From: Pseudomonadota bacterium
GTDB lineage: Bacteria; Pseudomonadota; Alphaproteobacteria; Rhodobacterales; Rhodobacteraceae
Reading direction: 5' to 3'
NCBI GenBank assembly: GCA_040385245.1
Contig: JAZKHT010000004.1
Coordinates: 173,233-237,232, forward strand
Length of the DNA stretch: 64,000 bases
Below are positions 47,161 to 55,618 of the stretch, in pieces; position 1 is the first letter of the stretch, and every line of letters begins with the position of its first letter. A program made the translations under genes and the position numbers. The notes beneath the pieces were generated by a model, which saw only the letters and a list, made by a program, of their open reading frames with translations, searched no databases and had not been told where the DNA came from.

Positions 47161-47212
47161 CCCATTTTCATCTGTTCAGAAATATCCTGGGGTCCGGGGC
47201 AAAACCCCGGGG
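47161..47212 (-). repeat. hairpin-GGATATTT dispersed repeat, copy D (right arm, inverted)
   Basis: Minus strand: CCCCGGGGTTTTGCCCCGGACCCCAGGATATTTCTGAACAGATGAAAATGGG. Confidence 0.7.
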
Positions 47213-47257
47213 CGTCCACCCGCGAGGCGCGGATTTCTGTGTCGAGCGAGGCCACCC

Positions 47258-49255
47258 ATGCGTGATCTGTCGCGCTTGTTGCGGCCCCGGTCCATTGCCG
47301 TGCTTGGCTCCGGTTGGGCGGCGAATGTGGTCGAGCAATGCATCCGGATGGGGTTTGAGGGGCCGGTCTGGCCCGTGCATCCGACGCGCGACCAGATCGG
47401 TGGCGTGCGGGCATTTGCCTCGCTGGCGGATTTGCCGGGGGTGCCGGATGCGACCTTTATCGGGGTGAACCGCCATGCCACGCTGGATGTGGTGACGGAA
47501 CTGTCTGCGATGGGGGCAGGGGGGGCCACCTGTTTCGCCAGTGGCTGGGAAGAGGCGGGCGAGGCCCATTTGCAGGCGCAACTGGTGGCGGCGGCGGGCA
47601 ACATGCCGATCCTTGGGCCGAACTGCTATGGCGTGATCAATTATCTGGACGGGTCCCTGCTGTGGCCCGACCAGCACGGCGGGCGGCGGGTTGACCGGGG
47701 CGTTGCGCTGCTGTCGCAATCGTCCAACATCGTCATCAACCTGACCATGCAGGCGCGCGGGTTGCCGGTGGCCTATGTCGTCTGTCTGGGCAATGCCGCA
47801 CAGGTTGGGCTGGCCGAACTGGCCGGCGCCTTGTTGGCAGATGAAATGGTGACCGCCCTTGGCATGTATGTCGAAGGCATCGACGATGCACCGGGGCTTG
47901 CCGATCTGGCGGAAAAGGCGCGGGCGGCGGGCAAGGGGATCGTCTGCATCAAGTCGGGCAAGACCGAACTGTCACGCACCGCCGCCGCCTCGCACACAGC
48001 GTCGCTGGCAGGGGGTGGGGCCGCTTCGTCCGCCTTTTTGCGGCAGGCGGGTGTGGCCGAGGTGGCAACGCCCGCTGAATTGATCGAGACATTGAAGATC
48101 ATGCATGTCTGCGGGCCGCAAATCGGGACGCGACTGTGTTCGCTGTCCTGTTCGGGGGGCGAGGCGGGATTGGTGGCCGATCTTGCCGCACCGTTTGGGG
48201 TGGACTTCCCCGCGCCATCGCAGGCGCAGTGCGACCGGTTGGGCGACATCCTTGGCCCCATCGTCGCCATCGCCAATCCGCTGGATTATCACACTTTCAT
48301 CTGGGGGGACGGGCCGCGCACGACGGATGTCTTTACCACCATGCTGGCAGGCTATGACGCCGGTATCTTCATCATCGACCCGCCGCGCCCGGACCGCTGC
48401 GATCCGTCCAGTTTCCAGCCTGCGCTGGATGCCATCGTGGCGGCGGCGCAGGCGACCGGCAAGCCCGCCTTTCCCGTGTCGTCCCTGCCCGAGAATTTCG
48501 ATGAAGACCGCGCGATTGCCATGATGGGCAATAACGTGGTGCCGATGATGGGGTTGGAAACCGCCCTTGCTGCCATCCGGGCCGCGCAGACGGGCGGCAA
48601 TCGCGGCGGTTGGCGGCCCCTTGCCGCCCGCACGCCCCGGGCCGCTGAAATGCGGGACGAGGCTGCCTCCAAGGCATTGCTTGCGCAAGCCGGGGTCGCT
48701 GTGCCGCGCAGTGTGACTGCAGCGACGATGGCAGAACTTGTGCAGGCGGCTGGGGGATTGACGGCACCGCTGGCGCTGAAAGGTTTGGGTTTTGCGCACA
48801 AGACCGAAGCGGGGGCGGTGCGGTTGGGACTTGTGTCGTTGCAGGGCCAGGCGGATATGCCGGGGGCCACGGGGTATCTGGCCGAGGAAATGGTGACGGG
48901 CGTCGTGGCCGAACTGCTGATCGGGGTGCGGCGCGACCCGGTCTATGGCGCAACGGTGACGCTGGGCTTTGGCGGGGTCACGACGGAACTGCTGGCCGAT
49001 ACGGTGACGCTGGTCCTGCCGGTGACGGCTGACGACATCGGTGCCGCCCTGCGCCGTCTGCGGCTGTGGCCGCTGCTGGACGGCTATCGCGGCAAGCCAA
49101 GTGCCGATGTGGCCTCGGTGGTACAGGCCGTTCTTGCCGCGCAGGCGCTGCTGGTGGGCACGCCGTCGTTGCAAGAGATCGAGATCAACCCGCTGATGGC
49201 CTGCCAGTCTGGCGCGGTCGCGGTCGATGCGGTGATATGGGAGGACGCGACATGA
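47258..49255 (+). CDS. ADP-forming acyl-CoA synthetase (acetate--CoA ligase family; CoA-binding plus ATP-grasp)
   Basis: Start MRDLSRLLRPRSIAVLGSGWAANVVEQC (ATG 47258). ...ILGPNCYGVINY..., ...SHTASLAGG.... ATGA overlap with caiD. Confidence 0.85.
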   Translation: MRDLSRLLRPRSIAVLGSGWAANVVEQCIRMGFEGPVWPVHPTRDQIGGVRAFASLADLPGVPDATFIGVNRHATLDVVTELSAMGAGGATCFASGWEEAGEAHLQAQLVAAAGNMPILGPNCYGVINYLDGSLLWPDQHGGRRVDRGVALLSQSSNIVINLTMQARGLPVAYVVCLGNAAQVGLAELAGALLADEMVTALGMYVEGIDDAPGLADLAEKARAAGKGIVCIKSGKTELSRTAAASHTASLAGGGAASSAFLRQAGVAEVATPAELIETLKIMHVCGPQIGTRLCSLSCSGGEAGLVADLAAPFGVDFPAPSQAQCDRLGDILGPIVAIANPLDYHTFIWGDGPRTTDVFTTMLAGYDAGIFIIDPPRPDRCDPSSFQPALDAIVAAAQATGKPAFPVSSLPENFDEDRAIAMMGNNVVPMMGLETALAAIRAAQTGGNRGGWRPLAARTPRAAEMRDEAASKALLAQAGVAVPRSVTAATMAELVQAAGGLTAPLALKGLGFAHKTEAGAVRLGLVSLQGQADMPGATGYLAEEMVTGVVAELLIGVRRDPVYGATVTLGFGGVTTELLADTVTLVLPVTADDIGAALRRLRLWPLLDGYRGKPSADVASVVQAVLAAQALLVGTPSLQEIEINPLMACQSGAVAVDAVIWEDAT

Positions 49256-50049
49256 TGCAGATGCGAACCGAAGGCCCGATCCGCACGCGGGTGGAAGGCG
49301 CGATCCTGGAGGTCACGCTGGACCGCCCAAAGGCCAATGCGATCGATCTGGTGACAAGCCGGATCATGGGGCAGGTGTTCCGCGATTTCCGTGATGATGA
49401 CAGCCTGCGCGTCGCCATTCTGCGGGCCGAGGGGGAAAAGTTCTTTTGTCCCGGCTGGGATCTGAAGGCGGCGGCTGCGGGCGACGCGGTGGATGGCGAT
49501 TATGGGGTTGGCGGCTTTGGCGGATTGCAGGAATTGCCAAACCTGAACAAGCCGGTGATTGCCGCCGTCAATGGCATCTGCTGTGGCGGGGGGTTGGAAT
49601 TGGCGCTGTCGTGCGACCTGATCGTTGCCAGCCAGAATGCCACCTTCGCGCTGCCGGAAATCCGGTCAGGCACGGTGGCGGATGCGGCATCGATCAAGCT
49701 GCCAAAGCGCATTCCCTACCATGTGGCGATGGACCTTTTGCTGACGGGCCGCTGGTTTGATGCGGACGAGGCGCTGCGGTGGGGATTGTTGAAAGAAATC
49801 ACCACGCCCGCCGACCTGCTGCCAAAGGCATGGGATCTGGCGCGGCTGTTGGCCAGCGGCCCTCCGCTGGTTTACGCCGCAATCAAGGAAGTGGTGCGCG
49901 AGGCCGAGGATATGCGGTTTCAGGATGCATTGAACCGGATCACAAAGCGGCAGTTCGTGACGGTGGACCGGCTCTATTCTTCCGAAGATCAGTTGGAGGG
50001 CGCGCGCGCCTTTGCCGAAAAGCGCGATCCGGTGTGGAAGGGCAAGTGA
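49252..50049 (+). CDS. caiD: carnitinyl-CoA dehydratase / crotonobetainyl-CoA hydratase (crotonase family)
   Basis: MMQMRTEGPIRTRVEGAILEVTLDRPKANAID...GEKFFCPGWDLKAAA...NKPVIAAVNG...FALPE...FAEKRDPVWKGK closely tracks E. coli CaiD as I remember it. Confidence 0.85.
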   Translation: MMQMRTEGPIRTRVEGAILEVTLDRPKANAIDLVTSRIMGQVFRDFRDDDSLRVAILRAEGEKFFCPGWDLKAAAAGDAVDGDYGVGGFGGLQELPNLNKPVIAAVNGICCGGGLELALSCDLIVASQNATFALPEIRSGTVADAASIKLPKRIPYHVAMDLLLTGRWFDADEALRWGLLKEITTPADLLPKAWDLARLLASGPPLVYAAIKEVVREAEDMRFQDALNRITKRQFVTVDRLYSSEDQLEGARAFAEKRDPVWKGK

Positions 50050-50133
50050 CACGGATACGACATTTGCCGTCGCTTGTCGCCACGCCGCCGCCTGCGCGCC
50101 CGCTAGGGTGGCGGCCAAACGGGGGGCTGCCGC

Positions 50134-51747
50134 ATGAGTGACGAGACAGATTACATCATCGTGGGATCAGGATCAGCCGGTTCGGTGCTGGCAGACCGGT
50201 TAAGCGCCAATGGCAAGCATCGCGTGACGGTGCTGGAGGCGGGCGGGTCGGAGCGGCGGTTTTTCGTCATGCTGCCGCTTGGTTATGGCAAGCTGTTCTA
50301 TGACCCTGCGGTGAACTGGATGTACAAGACCGAGCCTGATCCGGGGCTTGCGGGGGCGCGGGACCATTGGCCGCGCGGCAAGGTTCTGGGTGGGTCTTCG
50401 TCGATCAACGCGATGGTCTATATCCGGGGCCACCGGGCGGATTATGACGAATGGGGTGCGGACAATCCCGGTTGGGGGTGGAATGACGTTCTGGCCGCCT
50501 ACAAGGCTATGGAAGATACCGAGGCTGGGGCGGATGACTGGCGCGGGGCGGGGGGGCCGCTGTTCGTGTCGGCCAACGCCACCGGGCTGCATCCGCTGGT
50601 CAGGGATTATATTGCGGCCTGTGCTGCGGCGGGTCTGCCGCACAACCCCGATTTCAACGGGGCCGAGCAAGAGGGCGCGGGCATCTATCAGATGACGATC
50701 AAGGGTGCGCGGCGCAATTCGGCAGCGCGGGCGTTCTTGCGGCCTGCTATGAAGCGGGCCAACCTGCGGGTGATGACACATGCGATGGTCACGAAGGTGA
50801 TCATCGAAGAGGGGCGCGCCGTTGGAGTGGAGTATGTCCGGGGCGGGCAGACCCATACCTTGCGCGCGCGGGGCGAGGTGATCCTGGCGGGGGGTGCGAT
50901 CAATTCACCGCAGTTGCTGCAACTTTCGGGGATCGGGCCGGGGGCGCTGCTGCAATCCCTTGGGCTGCCGGTGCTGCGTGACAATCCGAATGTCGGGGAC
51001 CATCTGAACGACCATCAGGGGATCAACTATACCTTCCGCATGAATGTGCCGACCTACAACGACGCGCTGCGCCCGTGGTGGGGCAAGCTGCGGGCGGGGA
51101 TGGAATATGTCCTTGGGGGCGGGGGGCCGCTGGCAAAGTCGATCAACCACGCGGGCGGGTTCTTTCGCACCTCGCCCGATCTGGACCGGCCCAACATGCA
51201 GCTTTACATGCAGGCGTTTTCTACCCTTATCCCGCGCGAGGGAGAGCGCCCGATCCTGACGCCCGATCCGTTTCCCGGCATGTCGATCGGTCTGTCGAAC
51301 TGCCGCCCCACCAGCCGGGGGCATATCCGCATCGCCAGCGCCGATCCGTTCCGGCATCCGACCATCGTGGCCAACGCGTTTTCCACCGATCACGACGTGG
51401 CCGAGATGTTGGCGGCGGTCAAATATCTGCGGAATCTGGCGGCGCAACCGCCGCTGGCGCGGCTGATCGCCGAAGAATTGCGCCCCGGACCCGAGGTGCG
51501 GACTGACGAGGCGTTGATCCATGATTTCCGCCTGCGGTCAGGGACGGTCTATCATCCGTCCTGCACCTGCCGGATGGGGCCCGATGCCGCCACATCAGTG
51601 GTGGATGCGCGGCTGCGGGTGCATGGGGTGGACCGGTTGCGGGTGATTGATGCGTCGGCCTTTCCGAATCTGATCGCGGGCAACACCAATGCGCCGGCGA
51701 TGATGCTGGGGTGGAAAGGGGCAGAACTTGTTCTGGCCGATGCCTGA
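50134..51747 (+). CDS. GMC-family FAD oxidoreductase (choline/alcohol dehydrogenase-like)
   Basis: 537 aa. MSDETDYIIVGSGSAGSVLADRLS...VTVLEAGG...GKVLGGSSSINAMVYIRG. Confidence 0.85.
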   Translation: MSDETDYIIVGSGSAGSVLADRLSANGKHRVTVLEAGGSERRFFVMLPLGYGKLFYDPAVNWMYKTEPDPGLAGARDHWPRGKVLGGSSSINAMVYIRGHRADYDEWGADNPGWGWNDVLAAYKAMEDTEAGADDWRGAGGPLFVSANATGLHPLVRDYIAACAAAGLPHNPDFNGAEQEGAGIYQMTIKGARRNSAARAFLRPAMKRANLRVMTHAMVTKVIIEEGRAVGVEYVRGGQTHTLRARGEVILAGGAINSPQLLQLSGIGPGALLQSLGLPVLRDNPNVGDHLNDHQGINYTFRMNVPTYNDALRPWWGKLRAGMEYVLGGGGPLAKSINHAGGFFRTSPDLDRPNMQLYMQAFSTLIPREGERPILTPDPFPGMSIGLSNCRPTSRGHIRIASADPFRHPTIVANAFSTDHDVAEMLAAVKYLRNLAAQPPLARLIAEELRPGPEVRTDEALIHDFRLRSGTVYHPSCTCRMGPDAATSVVDARLRVHGVDRLRVIDASAFPNLIAGNTNAPAMMLGWKGAELVLADA

Positions 51748-51838
51748 GACGGGACGCCGCCCTTGGGGGCATCGAGCCCCCGCGGGCGGCATTGCCATGG
51801 CACGGTGCCCGGCGGCCCGATCGGGGCAGGCGGCGCAC

Positions 51839-51893
51839 GGGGGGCTTTGCACCCCCCGGACCCCCCGCAGGATATTTCCGCAGAGAGGAACGG
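51839..51893 (+). repeat. hairpin-GGATATTT dispersed repeat, copy C (solitary)
   Basis: GGGGGG-CTTTGCA-CCCCCC-GGA-CCCCCC-GCAGGATATTTCCGCAGAGAGGAACGG in the convergent gap between the GMC gene and betC. Confidence 0.7.
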
Positions 51894-51904
51894 GGCAGAG
51901 CGTC

Positions 51905-53410
51905 CTATTCGCCGCGCGGGAAGCGTTTGGAGTCTTCAAGGATGTTCAGGTCCATGTGGTTGCGCATGTAGCGTTCGGACGCGTCGCGCAGGGGTTGGTA
52001 ATCCCACGGGAAATAGTTGCCGTTGCGCAACGCCTCGTACACCACCCAGCGGCGGGCCTGACTTTCGCGGACCTGCGCATCAAAGGCGGCAAGATCCCAG
52101 CGGGCGGCAGAGGCGTCGCGCAGCGTCACCAGCGTATCAAGATGGGCGGGGTCAGTGGCAAGGTTGGTGCGTTCCTGCGGGTCGGTGTCCAGGTTGTAGA
52201 GAACTTCCGGATCGGCGAGGCAGCGGATATACTTCCACAGGCCGTCGCGCAGGCAGACGAGTGGGGTGATCGAGCCTTCGGCAGCGTATTCCATCGCCAC
52301 GGGGGTGGTGCGGTCAAACCCTTGGGCCAGGGGGGCGATGTTTTCGCCGGTGGTCCAGGGGCGAACCTCGTCCATCGAGATGCCCGCAAGGGCACAAAGG
52401 GTGGGCGTCACGTCGATGGTGGAGACGGGCGTGTCGATGCGGCCGGGGGTCAGTCCGGGGGCCGCGATCATCAGGGGAACGCGGGCGGACCCTTCGAAGA
52501 AGTTCATCTTGAACCACAGGCCACGTTCGCCCAGCATTTCGCCATGGTCGGACAGGAAGACGATGATCGCGTCCTGACGGGTGGCATCGAGTGTGTCCAA
52601 CACCTCGCCAATCTTGGCGTCGACGTAAGAGATGTTGGCGAAATAGCCCTGACGGGCGCGGCGGATGTGGGTGTCTGTGATGGGCAGGCTGCGAAAATCG
52701 CACGCCTCCATCAGGCGTTGGGAGTGGGGATCCTGGTCTTCGAACGCGATCGCCGGGGGCGGGGTCAGTTCGGGGGCATTTTCGTACAGGTCCCAGTATT
52801 TGCGGCGCGCGACAAAGGGGTCGTGCGGGTGGGTGAAGCTGACGGTCAGGCACCAGGGGCGGGCGTCATTGCCACGAGACAGATCATACAGCTTTTGCAC
52901 CGCCTGATGGGCCACATCGTCGTCATACTCCAGTTGGTTGGTGATTTCCGCCACGCCTGCGCCGGTGACGGACCCAAGGTTGTGATACCACCAGTCGATG
53001 CGTTCGCCGGGTTTGCGATAGTCCGGGGTCCAGCCGAAGTCGGCCGGGTAGATGTCGGTGGTCAGGCGTTGTTCGAACCCGTGCATCTGGTCGGGGCCGA
53101 CAAAGTGCATCTTGCCCGACAGGGCCGTCTGATAGCCCGCACGGCGCAGATGATGGGCGTAGGTCGGGATGTCGGAGGCGAATTCTGCGGCGTTGTCATA
53201 GACCCGCGTGCGGCTGGGCAACTGGCCGGACATGAAGGCGGCGCGGGCGGGCGCGCACAGCGGGCTGGGCGTGTAGCTGTTTGCGAACCGGGCCGAGCGC
53301 GCCGCCAGCTTGCGCAGGTTGGGCGTGTGCAGGAAATCCGCCGGCCCGTCGGGGAAAAGGGTGCCGGTCAACTGGTCCACCATCAGGATCAGGATGTTCG
53401 GTTGGGTCAT
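51905..53410 (-). CDS. betC: choline-sulfatase
   Basis: 501 aa. MTQPNILILMVDQL...SPLCAPARAAFMSG (CxPxR formylglycine motif). Overall BetC-like. Confidence 0.85.
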   Translation of the reverse strand: MTQPNILILMVDQLTGTLFPDGPADFLHTPNLRKLAARSARFANSYTPSPLCAPARAAFMSGQLPSRTRVYDNAAEFASDIPTYAHHLRRAGYQTALSGKMHFVGPDQMHGFEQRLTTDIYPADFGWTPDYRKPGERIDWWYHNLGSVTGAGVAEITNQLEYDDDVAHQAVQKLYDLSRGNDARPWCLTVSFTHPHDPFVARRKYWDLYENAPELTPPPAIAFEDQDPHSQRLMEACDFRSLPITDTHIRRARQGYFANISYVDAKIGEVLDTLDATRQDAIIVFLSDHGEMLGERGLWFKMNFFEGSARVPLMIAAPGLTPGRIDTPVSTIDVTPTLCALAGISMDEVRPWTTGENIAPLAQGFDRTTPVAMEYAAEGSITPLVCLRDGLWKYIRCLADPEVLYNLDTDPQERTNLATDPAHLDTLVTLRDASAARWDLAAFDAQVRESQARRWVVYEALRNGNYFPWDYQPLRDASERYMRNHMDLNILEDSKRFPRGE

Positions 53411-53426
53411 GTGCGGGCCTTGTCCG

Positions 53427-53448
53427 GTTGTGTCAGTGTTGCGTCAGT
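53427..53448. promoter_or_regulatory. tandem 11-bp direct repeat GTTGTGTCAGT/GTTGCGTCAGT
   Basis: 10/11 identical and adjacent, in the betC / CocE-NonD divergent intergenic region. Confidence 0.4.
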
Positions 53449-53523
53449 TGTGCGCGCCGGGGGCCTTGCGTCTTATCCCCAACCGACCCTTGCTGCCGGG
53501 AAACGCCACATCGGAGAAATGCC

Positions 53524-55518
53524 ATGAAGATCGTCACAGAATTTCCGCGCCTTGTGGTGGAAGACCCAGACATGGGGATTGTCATGCCGGACGGATGCCG
53601 GTTGTCGGCGCGGGTCTGGATGCCTGCCGACGCGGTGGCAAGCCCGGTGCCTGCGGTGCTGGAATACATCCCCTACCGCAAGCGCGATGGGACGCTGCCG
53701 CGCGACGAGACCATGCATCCCTTTATGGCGGGGCATGGGTATGCCTGCGTCCGGGTGGACATGCGCGGCAATGGCGACAGCGACGGGCTGATGCTGGACG
53801 AATACACCCAGCAGGAAATGGACGACGCTGTGGCGGTGATCGACTGGTTGTCGCGCCAACCGTGGTGTTCGGGCAGCGTGGGGATGATGGGCAAAAGCTG
53901 GGGCGGGTTCAATTGCCTGCAAACGGCCTTCCTGCAACCCCCTGCGCTGAAGGCGGTCATCTCGGTCTGTTCCACCATCGACCGCTTTGCCGATGACATC
54001 CATTTCAAGGGCGGCTGCCTGCTGGGCGAAAATTTCGGCTGGGGGGCGGTGATGCTGTCCTATAGTTCGCGCCCCGCCGATCCGATGTTGCGGGCGGATT
54101 GGCGCGAAAACTGGCTGCGGCGGCTGGAGGCAGAGCCGTGGCTGGCCCCGCGCTGGGCGGCCATGCAGGAAAAGGGCGCCTATTGGAAGCACGGGTCGGT
54201 GTCAGAGGATTACGCCCGGATGACGACGCCTGTGCTGATCTGGGGCGGGTGGGCCGACAACTACATGAACACGGTGGCGCATCTGGTGGAAAACGTGCCT
54301 GCGCCCTGCAAGGGGATCGTCGGGCCGTGGGTGCATCAGTATCCGCACACCGCGGTGCCGGGACCGCGTGTCGGCTTCCTGCAAGAGGCGATCCGCTGGT
54401 GGGACCGTTGGTTGAAGGGCGTTGAGAACGGGGCCGAAGCTGACCCGGCCTATCGTGCCTTTATGCTGCATTCCGCCCCGCCCGATGCCAGTGCCGCCGA
54501 ACGGGCAGGGCATTGGGTGGCTGAACCTGTCTGGCCCAGCCCGCGCGTGTCGCGGCGTGAACTGCATTTGGGGGATGGGTCGCTTGGGGTTGCGCCTGCG
54601 GTGTTGGCGGTCCGGGTGAATACGCCGCAGCATCTGGGGTTGCATGCGGGCGAGTTCTTTCCGATGGGGCTGAACGCCGAAATGCCGGGGGATCAGCGCG
54701 GCGATGACGCGATGTCGGCCTGTTTTGACACGGTGCCGCTGGCGGGGCCGATGGATCTGCTGGGCGCGGCAGAGCTGCGCCTGACCCTGTCGTCGGATCA
54801 GCCGCTGGCCTTTGTCGTGGCGCGGCTGTGCGATGTGGGGCCGGATGGATCATCGGTGCGGATTGCGCATGGGATGTTGAACCTGTGCCACCGCGACAGC
54901 ATGGAAACCCCAGCGTCGCTGGTGCCAGGGCAGGCGACCGAAGTGGCGTTTGGCATCGACCAGATGGCCTATCGTTTGGCCCCCGGTCACCGCTTGCGGC
55001 TGGCGTTGTCGACGACCTATTGGCCGTTCGTCTGGCCCTCCCCGGTGCCTGCCACCCTGACGGTGACGCAAGGTACGCTGGACCTGCCGGTGCATGACGG
55101 CAGCCGGTCCGAATGGACCCCGCCGCCTGCCCATGGTGCGCCGCCGTGGAAACACCGCGTCTTGCGCCCGGCGCGGGCGCGACGGGTGATCGAGACGGAC
55201 ATGATCACCGGCAAGATCGCCCTGGTGGTCGAGGACGAACCTGGAGAGCTCGAGAATCTGACGCATGGGCTTTTTTCGGCCGAGGCGATGTCCGAACGGT
55301 GGGAGATTGACCCCGCCGATCCGCTGGCCGCCCGCGCGGTCCATGTCTGGGAGCAGCGCCTGTGGCGCGGCGATTGGGCCGTGCGCACCCGGGCCGAGGC
55401 AGAGATGACCGCCACCGCCACGCATCTGCGGATGACCGCGCGGTTGACGGCATGGCAGGGACCCGAAAAACTGTTCGAGAAGGAGTATGTGGACGAGGTG
55501 CCGCGACGCTTTGTGTGA
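53524..55518 (+). CDS. CocE/NonD family (S15 X-Pro dipeptidyl-peptidase-like) alpha/beta hydrolase
   Basis: Start MKIVTEFPRLVVEDPDMGIVMPDGCRLSARVWMP (GGAGA SD). ...YIPYRKRD..., nucleophile elbow GMMGKSWGG. Confidence 0.85.
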   Translation: MKIVTEFPRLVVEDPDMGIVMPDGCRLSARVWMPADAVASPVPAVLEYIPYRKRDGTLPRDETMHPFMAGHGYACVRVDMRGNGDSDGLMLDEYTQQEMDDAVAVIDWLSRQPWCSGSVGMMGKSWGGFNCLQTAFLQPPALKAVISVCSTIDRFADDIHFKGGCLLGENFGWGAVMLSYSSRPADPMLRADWRENWLRRLEAEPWLAPRWAAMQEKGAYWKHGSVSEDYARMTTPVLIWGGWADNYMNTVAHLVENVPAPCKGIVGPWVHQYPHTAVPGPRVGFLQEAIRWWDRWLKGVENGAEADPAYRAFMLHSAPPDASAAERAGHWVAEPVWPSPRVSRRELHLGDGSLGVAPAVLAVRVNTPQHLGLHAGEFFPMGLNAEMPGDQRGDDAMSACFDTVPLAGPMDLLGAAELRLTLSSDQPLAFVVARLCDVGPDGSSVRIAHGMLNLCHRDSMETPASLVPGQATEVAFGIDQMAYRLAPGHRLRLALSTTYWPFVWPSPVPATLTVTQGTLDLPVHDGSRSEWTPPPAHGAPPWKHRVLRPARARRVIETDMITGKIALVVEDEPGELENLTHGLFSAEAMSERWEIDPADPLAARAVHVWEQRLWRGDWAVRTRAEAEMTATATHLRMTARLTAWQGPEKLFEKEYVDEVPRRFV

Positions 55519-55572
55519 ATCGTTGCCGCGATATCGGCAAAAAGGTTTGCCCAATGAAAGATTCGCGGGTTA

Positions 55573-55588
55573 TTGATTGTGTAATCAA
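55573..55588. promoter_or_regulatory. palindrome TTGATT-GTGT-AATCAA upstream of the ABC operon
   Basis: Read directly. In an AT-rich patch 31 nt before the SBP start. Confidence 0.4.
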
Positions 55589-55618
55589 CAAAAAAATCAG
55601 ACCAACAGGGAGACGACA

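Noticed and set aside
51765-51781. Hairpin GGGGGC-ATCGA-GCCCCC after the GMC gene, considered as a terminator
   Set aside because: No U-tract on either strand, so it is not reported as a terminator.
51728-53527. 599-aa plus-strand ORF
   Set aside because: Antisense to choline sulfatase, which has the CxPxR motif. Its first part also reads through repeat copy C.
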